From Vitrella brassicaformis CCMP3155 (taxonomy: Eukaryota; Protista; Chromerida), in contig CDMY01000666.1 in NCBI GenBank assembly GCA_001179505.1, forward strand, positions 62,001 to 126,000: a DNA stretch of 64,000 nt. Direction: 5' to 3'. This document shows positions 13,461-23,843 of the stretch, in pieces. Under the pieces are notes generated by a model that had not been told where the DNA came from, made no database searches, and saw only the letters and a list, made by a program, of their open reading frames with translations. The position numbers were made by a program, and so were the translations under genes. How positions within the stretch are numbered: position 1 is the stretch's first letter; each line of letters begins with the position of its first letter.

Positions 13461-15253
13461 ATGATGATCACTATGTCCCGGTGTGTTGTTGTCCTTCTTT
13501 GTGCCCTGTTTGAGGGCGCCACAGCGCAGCCGTTCAATGCCGACTGGCTGGCAAAGCCCGTGGAGCCGTCCAAGCAGTGCACAAAGGAGGACCTGAAGGA
13601 CATCAAGGCCTGGATGATTGATCTGGATGGCTGCATGTACATCCCCGGTCGGTGCACTTTCGGCAACAAAACAAATCCGAATGACTAGGTTTGCAATAGT
13701 CTTCTGTGTCGTGCAGGTTCGTTGGTGCACGGCGCCCAGAAGTTCTATCACTGGCTGCGGGACACGAAGAAGTCCTACGTCTTCCTCAGCAACACGGCAT
13801 TCAAGGGCCCCATCGGCGTGCAGGCCAAGTTCAAGAAACGGGAATACTTGATGGAGCCTGAGGTGCCCATCGATCACGTGTGGACGGCTGGCCAGGCTCT
13901 CGGGCTGTTCCTTAAAGAGAACGCCACAGACGGTGACCATGGCCCACCCAAATGAGCAAATGATTAACATGCTCCACGGAGTGGAAGTCGTGTCTCAGGT
14001 TCTTACATCTGGTTGATCCAAAGGACAGCGAAGTACAAGATTGGCAAGGACACCATCTACGACAGCTGCTACAACCAGGTCAAGCTCACAGCCGGACAGG
14101 AGAAGTTCAGCAAGTGGCAAGTCAGGACGTTCTTCCCAAGAGAAGGTCAGAGACCACGCACACACAGACACACAAGCGATGGCGATCTGTCTCTTCTTGC
14201 CTGCTTCTGGTTCTTGCTCAGAGGAGTTCCATGATTGGTTGAAGAAGGCCAATGACTACATCAAGGCCAGCCCCGATGCCCCCCAGAAGTTCTTTTTTGC
14301 CCTGTGCACCGAGAAGCCCGAAGACAGACACTCAGACGACCCCAGCTTCAGCTCCATCCAGAAAATCGAATACAGACCCGACGGTACGCACGTGTGCGCA
14401 TGTAACGTACCATGCACCCATCTATCTATTCGTCCATCTCTTCAGGGTACATGGGATGGTCCAATACGGTCCTGGACATGATGATCCGTTTCGTCAAGAA
14501 CGGCGCTACCTTCATCAACACTGCACCCGACCAACTCGAGCCCGAGAAGAAGGCACCAGACGGCGTCACCATGCACACGGGCAGCATCGGCCCCTGGACA
14601 GCCTGGATCAAGGACGCCATCTACCCCAAGGGCTGGAAACGGCCTGACAAGGGCGGCAAGCTGACCGCTTCCATGGGCTACGGTGGATGTGTGGGCAAGG
14701 GCGGGCATGTCGGCGTCAAGTACATGATGTCTCAGGATCGTCGATGCGCAGCACAGGAACATGACGGGGGCGGACAAGCTGAAGCTCGAACAGGTGGCCA
14801 TGGTCGGAGACAAGTAAGCAGAGCAAAGGAAGAAGAGAGACAGGGAGGCAGGGAGACTATCACCCATTTGCTGGGCTTCTGTATCCTCGCTGCGTGTGTG
14901 TGTGTGCGCAGCATTGCGTCTGACCACACAGGGGGAAATCTGCTGGGCGTCAAAACCGTCCTGGTGCTTTCCGGCGTCCACTCTGTCGAAGACACCAAGT
15001 TCTTCTGCAAAGAGGTGTGCCACTCACAGAGACATGCCATGGTGGGACTACTCAAACCAGGTGCTTGCATCAGAATCGGCCCACATGCTGGCTCAAGGAC
15101 GTCGGGGAAATCCCCAAGATACTCGGCGGCCAGCAGAAGTCGACTTATTTGAGGCCCCAAGCAGGCGCCGCCGCGGGAGTGAAGCCGCCCGCGGGGGCCG
15201 AGCCGGAGCAAATTGTGGCGGAGGGCGTGTCTGAGGAAGATCCGTGTGCGTGA
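13461..15253 (+). CDS. HAD-superfamily subfamily IIA (NagD/PGP-like) phosphatase with predicted signal peptide
   Basis: Signal-like MSRCVVVLLCALFEGATA; motif I WMIDLDGCMY; motif II YVFLSNT; motif IV MVGD/SIASDHTGGNLLGVKTVLVLSGV; final exon PTCWLKDVGEI. Confidence 0.85.
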
Positions 15254-15445
15254 TGCGGTGCTGTGCAATTGCCAACCACTGTAGTTGTTTCTCACAGAGA
15301 GATTGGGCACGACAGAATCCTTTCAACTGCAAGAAACATTCATGCATCACCATGAGCATTGCTGTCCGTACACGACGCGCATAAACCAATCCATCAAAGC
15401 TACTGTGACTGCACCGATCCATCCTACTGGATGCATCGATCTCCC

Positions 15446-18252
15446 TTACCCCCAATCGCCCCCTCTCAGCTCATCCGAGCCACCAGCACCATCAGCACCA
15501 TCAGCAGCAGCATCAGCCGTGGTCGTGCTCGCAGGCCCACTCCCTGTGCTGACGCCATTGGTGCTGGCATTGGCATATCCGCTGCTCTTGTGTTTGGGCA
15601 TGAATGTGAAGTCCTTCGGCACCGGCCCCAGCAGCATCTCGCTGATCTCGATCCAGTCCTTGACATTGGTGGACGCCATCTTGGTCTCGAGGTCGTTGCG
15701 GCCCACGAAGGGGTCGGGGCGCAGGTTGATGTGGCACGGCACACGCTCGAGTAGACCGACGGGGATGTAACGAGACAGGAATGACAGCCACTCCAACATA
15801 AACCTGACGTATCCACACAACACAACACGACAGAAGAACAGGTGCACACTCGCCTGCCTGAGCAGTGAGTTTGGTCGTCGCGTCACCTGCTTACCGTCGT
15901 GTGGTAGCGACGCCTTTGGGATCTGAGCCCCAGTTCTCCATGCCGAACTTGGCGTAGTCTCGCAGGATGTCCAGACGCTCTGACGCAGAAATGTCCCAGT
16001 GCCGCTTCTCACGGATCTCTGAATGCATCAACACAAGGGCGACGCGAGTCACAGACAGGTCAGTGCTGCTATCCCTCCGTGTGTGCGGTATCTGACCTAC
16101 CTGTGAATATCCATGGCTTGATGAGGGCCCCTCTTGCCACCATGAGAGAGTCGGCGCCCGAGTGCAGCAAATGGTCCTCGGCCTCCTCCCAATTCATGAT
16201 GTCACCACAGCCGATGAGGGGCACCTTCTTGAGGGTCTGCTTGCACACTTGCATGTAATCCCAATCGGCCTTCTTGGTGTATCTGAGCCACACACACACA
16301 GAAGCCACCCATGACTCAATTGCGTGTTGTGTGTGGCTCTCCAGCCACGTGCGTACCTCTGCTTGGCCGTCCGCGCGTGCAGACAGATGGCCGACACGCC
16401 CCACTCCTCCAGCCTGACGGATGGATGGATGCCACAAGGACACACCACAGAGATGGAGACGCATTGTTGCCTGCCCTGCAGGGACCGATCGTGTGTTTGT
16501 GTGTACACGCCTACTTCGGCATGAGGTTGTGTGCGGTGTATGAGGGCTCGTTGTGGGCGTTGCGCATCTTGATCGTCAACGGACACGCAAGAATCGACGA
16601 CATACCTGCAGAATCCAACACACCGTAACATCCACATGTGTGCGGGTCTTGCATCCACATCAATATTCTGGTCGGTCATACATGTGTGTGTCGGCTGACT
16701 GACCTCTGACGATGCCCTCCAACCTTTGTGGTTTGGTGCTGAGTACCGTCCCCGCGCCCCACCGGTGCACCTGGTCCAGGGGGCACCCCATGTTGATGTC
16801 CACAAAGTCGCACGACACATGCTCGTCAAGCATCTCGGCACACCTGACCACATGCAGACATTACAACGATACGATGATGTGTGTATCTGGCTGGTGCAGG
16901 AGTGCCGGCATGTCTGTACCTGGTCATGACGTCGGGCCATCCGCTGGCCACCTGCACGCCAAAGCACTTCTCTTCCTCGTGACGCCTGATCATGACACAA
17001 CGCACACACATGAAGCAGCGGCTGGCTGGGTGCAGGGCGTGGTGTGCGTGTTGCCTTACTTGAGCAGCGCCCACTCTGACGGCTTCCCCTGCAGCAGCGA
17101 ATCAGCCAACGCCATCTCACCCACCTGACACACACACACACACACACACACATCAGCACACACAGACACAGAATCCATGCAGGCCTCACTCACGGACGGA
17201 AATTTCATCCCACCCACCGTCACGTCAGCCCCCAATCTCCTGCACAGCCGCCTGAACGGCAGGTTGCCGACGGTCGTCAGCGGAGCCAACACCAGTTTCC
17301 CTCTCAGATCCAGCGACCTGCCCTCGCGCCTTCTGTCCTCCCATGTGGACACAATGGCCGCCCCGATAGACGGGTCGGGCGGCAGGGGAGCGCTTGGTGG
17401 GTCGGGGAGGGGGCTGCTGGTCTGCTTGGCCTCTTGCAGGGATGTCCTGTAGGCCTCCCATGTCTGCACAAAGGCCTGTGAGCGGGGGTAGGAGTGCCGC
17501 TGCTTCCGAAGCCGGTGCTTGATGTCATCGGTCAGCTGGTTGGTCACACCGCAGCTCTTGAGGTGGCCATCCATCATGGCTGGCGTCACCATCTCACCAT
17601 CCTTCGTCAAATTGCGGCCTGCAAACACGCGTATATGAAGGCGATTGTGTGCTCGACTGTCCCTGTGCTTCTGTCACCTTGTGCGTCGATATGTTTGCCG
17701 CCGAATCGACAGTTGGCACCCGCCATGCACATGCCGAACTTGTCAAACACAGGACAGTCACCGCCCAGATCAGGTGGACGGACCTGCAGACAGACAACAT
17801 ACAACACATCCATGATCAATCGGCATCGATTGGTTCTGCGTATGCACGTGTGTGCGTACCTCCATGAATGCAGCCAGGTCGTGCTTGAACCGGCACTTAT
17901 CGCCGAACGCACACTCTCCCATCCCCGCCACTCTGCCGCACATCTGCTCCTCTCGGTTCTCCTGGTGTAACCGGCGGTTCTCCCGCCTCTCCTTGTTCTT
18001 GTTCTGCCCTCGCACTCGCTTGCGGCTGCCCTTGTCCTCTGCACTCCGCTTCTGAGGCAACGTCGTTTGCTTGCCGTCAGCTGCTTGCTCGGTGCATGCG
18101 GCTGGATCATCACGGCGGGATGCATCTGCATCAGCAGTGGAGGGGCGCGGTGGGCGTGGGATGATGAATTCGGCCTTGATTGGAGCGTTGCCTCTGGCAA
18201 TGATGGCGTCGATGCGTTGTTGTCGCTCTTCCTCGGTCTCTGACGATGCCAT
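15446..18252 (-). CDS. DUS3: tRNA-dihydrouridine(47) synthase DUS3
   Basis: Two N-terminal CCCH fingers ([20 protein letters not shown]; [22 protein letters not shown]), then [85 protein letters not shown]. Confidence 0.95.
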
Positions 18253-18410
18253 CTTCTTCTCAGTGAAGCACAAGGACGCCCCGAAGCGCGGGCTAAGCTT
18301 GCGAGCTTGAAGCCAGAACGGAAGAAGTGGATCTGAGGCTTCTCTGGTCATTGAGGCTGTCCGTGGACAGCATCTACCGCCTTGTTGAAGATCTCTGTTG
18401 TTGAGGCATC

Positions 18411-18860
18411 ATGTCGACGGTGTATGACCGGTTCAACATCCACGCTCAGCTGGAGCACCTGCAGATGAAGTACCAGGGCACCGGCAACGCTGACACCACC
18501 AAATGGTCACACATGAGACGACACATGAGCAAGGAAAGTGATGGCTTCGTCGTCGACTGGCTTCTGTGCGTTTTGTGTGCAGGGAGTGGACAACCAACAT
18601 CCATCGCGACACTTTGGCGTCGCATGTGGGTCACTATTCGCGCCTCGCCTACCTTGCTGTCGCTGAGAACGAACCCATTGCCAGGATACGATTCAGATGC
18701 CTCCAGGTGGGCGTGTGTCCCTGAGAGCCAGAGAACGAAGCAGAGCTTACATGATGCGTTCACCCTGCTGCGTGCATGCCTGTGCCCTCTGTGTGTGTGT
18801 GTGCTCGTTCAGGCCATCCCGCGGCCGTGTGGTCCCCCGCCGCCCAAGACAGACGGATAG
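18411..18860 (+). CDS. SF3B5: Splicing factor 3B subunit 5 (SF3b10), 3 exons
   Basis: MSTVYDRFNIHAQLEHLQMKYQGTGNADTTKW / EWTTNIHRDTLASHVGHYSRLAYLAVAENEPIARIRFRCLQ / AIPRPCGPPPPKTDG*. Confidence 0.95.
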   Translation: MSTVYDRFNIHAQLEHLQMKYQGTGNADTTKWSHMRRHMSKESDGFVVDWLLCVLCAGSGQPTSIATLWRRMWVTIRASPTLLSLRTNPLPGYDSDASRWACVPESQRTKQSLHDAFTLLRACLCPLCVCVLVQAIPRPCGPPPPKTDG

Positions 18861-19071
18861 ATTGTATGAGTGGACCAGATGATCGAGAGACGTGTAGAAT
18901 GCATTGTTAGTGTACAGTGGAACTCGTTGATGCTTGGTGAATTAACGTGTTGCAAAATGTCCGCACGCAGCAGCAAGATCGACATGAATGCACACAAGAC
19001 CATGCTTTGATGGCTACGTCGCATGACTCTCCCTCAATGTGTGAGCCATCTCATGAGTCGCTTACTGCGCA

Positions 19072-21347
19072 TCATCCATTCACAATCGCACAGGCCACAA
19101 CCGACACAGCATCCCAAAGGAAGACGCTCAGCTCTCGTCTCGACCGCCAGATAAGACGCGACGAGAGCTCATCGGCTACAGTAGAAATGAGCTAGGTGTC
19201 ACTTGACACGAATCTACACGTCACTCCCACGGATGTTTCCTATGTGTGTTTGTGTCCCGTCGGTTACCTCCTCTTCGTCCGACTCGACGTCGATTACCTC
19301 CTCCTCAGACCACTCGAGTTCGTCGTCGAATATCCTCCTGCAGCCCACACAGGCACAATGGTGAGTTCGATCAAGTTTGTGACCATTGGGTGTGGCTGAC
19401 TCTCTGTGGCATCGAATGAGGTCGTTGAGGATGAAGGTAAACGGCCGGATGACGAGTAGGCTGTGCTCTGGAGTGAGCTCCTTCTTCTTCATGGGCCTGC
19501 TGATCATTGGGTACACATCATGCTCCTCGACACTAAACCAACGCACACACCCACAAACAGCAGTGAGAGGTCGCATGCTAGAAATGCCTTCTACCTACCT
19601 TCCTCTCTTTATCACTCCCTTCACTTACCCCAAGGCCGCAGAGACCTTCTCGACCGTCTTGTCGACCTTAGCTGATTCAAGTATGAGGAGCGGGTCGCTG
19701 TAGATGTGCTGGCGGTCATTGTCCTCAATGATCTCGTCGCACTTGTTGAGGATGACGATGACCTTCACATCGTGATCTGCACACACACCACACAAACGAA
19801 TAGACAGATCGACCGATGCAGACAGACGGACATCTTCGTTGGCTTGTTGATAGCTTAGTTGTTGTTGATGTTGTTGCTTGTTGCTCCTGCTTACAGCGGA
19901 CGACCCTGGCCATCTTGCGGTAGTGTTCGAGGCCAGTCGGGCTCGTGGCGGTCGCGTCCATGACCAGGAACACGGCCTTGGGGCGGTAGCGCTCCAACTC
20001 GGCCGTAGTGCCAACGCTGGTCAGCGGAACCACACACACACGAGAGACACGCAAAGGACAGAGGACAGAGACTTGACTGATGATCTGTGTGAAAGGGTGG
20101 GTGGGCCCGTACCGCAGGAGGGAGAGGATTTGCTCCTCCTCCCTGGTGAGTTCTTGCCCCATGCACTTCTTGGCCTGTATGTCCTTGATCTCGTCATAGT
20201 CGATGGTCATGTTGAACCCGTTTTTGATCCGCCCCTCGACGAGTAGCAGCAGCAGACGCAAGTTTCTATGCTCCAGACCTACGCACACACCGCACGGACA
20301 CACACACGCACACATACATACATACAGACAGAGAGAGAGAGGCAGACACACGCAGACAGGTGGGGAGACAGTATGCACACCTTTGCCGTCCTGCAGACAG
20401 AGGTACTTGTTGCCGCCGAGCATGTACGTCTCCAATGTGGACGTGACGCTGCTATAGTGGCCCCCGGGAGCCGTCGGGCCGTACTGCAGGCAGGTCGCAC
20501 ACACACATATACACGCACACACACACACACACACACAACACACACACATACATATGCAACACGCACTATGTGGGCGCGTCAGCGTGGGTCTGACCGTGAC
20601 ATAGTTGTCGTAAGGGCCCATGGCATTCATGATACTGCGGATGTGGTTGCACAATGTCGTCTTGCCAACGCTGAACAGCAGCACATGAACAAGAAGTCTG
20701 GTGGGCAGTGTGCTGCGTGGCATACGTACCCCGGCTCCCCAGCAAACAGAATGGTGACCGGCCTGCCCTTGTACTCCCTGACGAAGTCCTTGATCTGCTT
20801 CACTCTGGAACACAGACACACCCTGGACGAAACCCTGACTTCTCTTCCCTCACGCCATGTTGTCTTGCCTGCAGAGGTCGCTCGTGTTGCCCAGCCCACG
20901 GTTGCCGGAGAACCTCGGCAACAAGCTGCAAGACTCGCGGTTACCAAAGACTTCTCGACCACCACTGTGTGCAAAGGAAACACTCAGAGAAGCCATCGGT
21001 GCGTGGTCGCTGATCTGGGTCTCGACCTCTGCAGATTCCGCACGTCAGCGAAAAATATGATCTTGTCCCTGCAGTCCTCTGTGCACAGCGGGCGGAGCTC
21101 GTCGTCGATCTCCACGGCATACCCACCATGGCCATCTCCGAAGACGGGACGGCCGTCGAGCAGACCAACGGCTCTGCGGGGCCCGTCTGGCTCCTGACCA
21201 AAACACCATTCAGAGCAGACAGAAGAGAGGAGGGCTGCCATCCTTAAAATTTCCGCTCACCCCATTCGACGGCGCCTCGCCTGACGACGACGGGACTCTG
21301 CCATCGCTGTCGGGCGGCCTGACCTCCTGATAAGCAGCATTCTCCAT
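19072..21347 (-). CDS. P-loop GTPase paralogue G1 (IFI44-like family), with extra N-terminal module
   Basis: G1 motif ILFAGEPG|VGKTT, switch VTSTLETY, G3 CLQDGKG, KAVFLVMDAT, G4 VILNKCD, C-terminal VYPMISRP..ELTPEHSLLVIRPF, acidic exon. Probable last exon LISTVADELSSRLIWRSRRELSVFLWDAVSVVACAIVNG*. Start taken at MENAAYQEV. Confidence 0.8.
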
Positions 21348-21571
21348 CACTGTGTAAGGCTGCCTCCCACGATCAACGCAACGACGAGACCTGCGGACCG
21401 ACCGCACAGGAAGCGACACTGTCAGGCGGGAAGTGGGCTGTGTCTGCTCACCTGGTGAACACAGATGAATATTCGGATCCCTCGGCTGCTGCCATATCAC
21501 ATATTTTTCGTCGTATAACTTGTCTAACGGTCGGGAAGAAATAATCAGTGCAAAGCTCGTCTGCATGTGCG

Positions 21572-21635
21572 TGTGTCTGTGCTCGTAGGCCATCCCCCGC
21601 CCGTGTGGTCCCCCGCCGCCCGAGACTGACGGATG
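21572..21635 (+). other. Duplicated copy of the SF3B5 terminal exon with intact AG acceptor
   Basis: gctcgtag|GCC ATC CCC CGC CCG TGT GGT CCC CCG CCG CCC GAG ACT GAC GGA TGG matches 18795-18860 (AIPRPCGPPPP[K/E]TDG). The stop TAG has become TGG. Confidence 0.85.
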
Positions 21636-21954
21636 GCGCGCGCGTCGATGCAAAAGAAAGTGGCGCACAGTGCCAGCGGACCTGATTGATGTTGGCTCAA
21701 TCACATTGCCATGTGCGCACTGCTTTTGTTACAAAATCGCATTCAGGCATACAGATGGTAGTCCAAGCATGCATACACACAGGCAGTCACGGGAAAGGAG
21801 GAAAAACGACTCGATCCATTCCCACAACCACACCATACCACACTACACCAGACAGGCCCCTGCAGCAAAAAGTAGTAGCCATACTGAGGTGACTCAGGCA
21901 CAGACACATCCATTCTCATCGTGACCAAAAACGAGCTAGCGAGTTACTACTGAG

Positions 21955-23526
21955 TTACTGCGAACGATTCCTCTCACTGTGCTCACTGACGGCTATCTCG
22001 GCAATCTTGTCAAAATCTTTGTGCGGCACATCTGCCAGATCGAATGCGCGGTCCCTGTTCTTTCTGACTACATGGTCATACACACTCCCGTATGGCCACG
22101 CCTTCTTGATGTCCTTCATGACGGGGTGCGGGATGCCCGGCTGGTTCTCCTTTGGCGCCGAAGGGGCCGTCCATACCGTGACGAACCACACAGGGATGGA
22201 GATGTAGGGGCACTGAGCCACCGACTCGATGTCGGACGCACCGTCAACCAGACCAAGGACGTCTGCATGTGTCGCGAAACCTGACACATGCACACGCTGA
22301 GTACTCACACGATTCCCTTTGTGTGTTTGCTGAGTACGAGTACCTGAGAGGATGGCCTGTGAGAACGCCTCGATCTCTGTGCGAGGCGAGTTGTCCCGGC
22401 AGATGACCATGCCCATCAAATTGTTGGGATTGTCGGTCAAAATCTCCAGCTGGATACCCTTCTTCAAGAAGGCCTCCGTGAGGTACGGCTTCAGCGCCCC
22501 GAGAAACGCCTGCTGAGCTCCACTCTGCACAAACCACGCACACACGGACGTGAAGGTGCGTGCATACGCGTGCGTGAGTGCACTGACCGTCTTGTAGGCT
22601 CCGTTTGAGTAATGCAGCCCCAATCGGCACACTTGAGCCCCCCGAGGCTTTGGCGGTGTCACCGTCTTACGCTTCTCGTGAGATGGTGCTGTTGACGTCC
22701 CGATCTGCAGCCGCACTTCACTCGTCGGCGTCTCGGTCTCCCTCGTCCGGGGCGTCAATGAGCCCTGCGATGATGACGATGTCGTAACGCTCTCCTCTTG
22801 GGCCTGCACAGACACACACACACACACACGCACACGCACACGCACACGCACACACATGCACACACATGGCACCGTGGAGGCATTTTTGTGTCGCTTGCTA
22901 ACCTCAGCCACTTCCAGCTGGGATGCAACCTCAGTTGGAGGAGGGGTGAAGGCCCAGTTCTCAGGCACCGCACTCGAGATCCTGGGGTCGCCGAGGAAGT
23001 CGATGATGTCGATTCTGGGCATCGTTTGCCTCCCCTCCAGACGGATGTACTGCCCGACGGCGCCATCGACGTAGTGCTCACGGTTCGGCTTGTCCGTATA
23101 CTCCCAATCTGGCCCTCGCTTGTACTTGTACTGCAGAACACCATCCTTGCGCAGGGTGACCTGGATCTCCTTCTGATACATGACGCCCCTGGGGCAAGCA
23201 CAACAGAGAGACGTACAGGAAGCTTCAAATTATGCCGCCGCATCACTCACTTACTTGAGGCAGCATCTTTCGTCCTTCTCATTGAAGGTCGCCTCCGGCC
23301 TTGGTGCCTCATCCCAGTGGCCTGAGCGCACACACAGAAAGGTACGATTTCCCCTCCTCATACGCTAAGCTCGCTTACCGATCTCTGGGCAGTTGCCGTG
23401 CACACTCAACGGGAAAGTGGTGCTGGGCTTCTCTCCCACAGGCAGGAAGACTCTGAACCTCAACGTCACTTTGTTGGTCTTTGGCGTCCAACTTGAAGGC
23501 ATGATAGCAGGTAGCAAATTGCCCAT
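21955..23526 (-). CDS. C1: N-terminal Met-Gly protein with CBM20-like (starch-binding) domain, S/T-rich linker and uncharacterised C-terminal alpha/beta domain
   Basis: MGNLL start. VTLRFRV..LSVHGNCPEIG|HWD..K|GVMYQKEIQVTL..LQYKYKRGPDWEYTDKPNREH fits the CBM20 pattern (GxxxELGxWD, YKY, WE..NR). C-domain RLGLHYSNG..GMVICRD..IPVWFVTVW..QPGIP..AWPYGSVYDHV. Confidence 0.75.
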
Positions 23527-23614
23527 GTTTGCGTCGTTTCCTCTCTTTTGCGCACTTCCACGCGTCATATGGCTGGTGCCATGGGCAGCCTACTATCAGG
23601 GCGCCTCTCTTCGC

Positions 23615-23690
23615 GCCCGCATCCGCATCCGCAGCTGATCCGCACTGATCCGCAGCTGATCCGCAAACTGATCCGCGTCCGCAGCTGTTC
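23615..23690. repeat. Tandem (GATCCGCA/ATCCGC)-core repeat in the C1/G2 divergent intergenic region
   Basis: ccgcatccgcatccgcagctgatccgcactgatccgcagctgatccgcaaactgatccgcgtccgcagctg read directly. Confidence 0.85.
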
Positions 23691-23843
23691 CGCACAGAAG
23701 GGCAGCCAGAGATCTCTCAGCAAGCAGTCGTATCTGCTCGCCCCTTTTCATTCGTGTGCGCCTTTTCTCTTGGCCTCCTCCAGCCCTGCCTTCATCCGGC
23801 AGTATTTTGTCCCTTGTCCGTTGATTGAGATCAAGTAATCGGA

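Noticed and set aside
23615-23690. Possible CRISPR-like or tRNA-like repeat
   Set aside because: Units are 6-12 bp with no unique spacers, no cas genes and no cloverleaf, and the context is eukaryotic.
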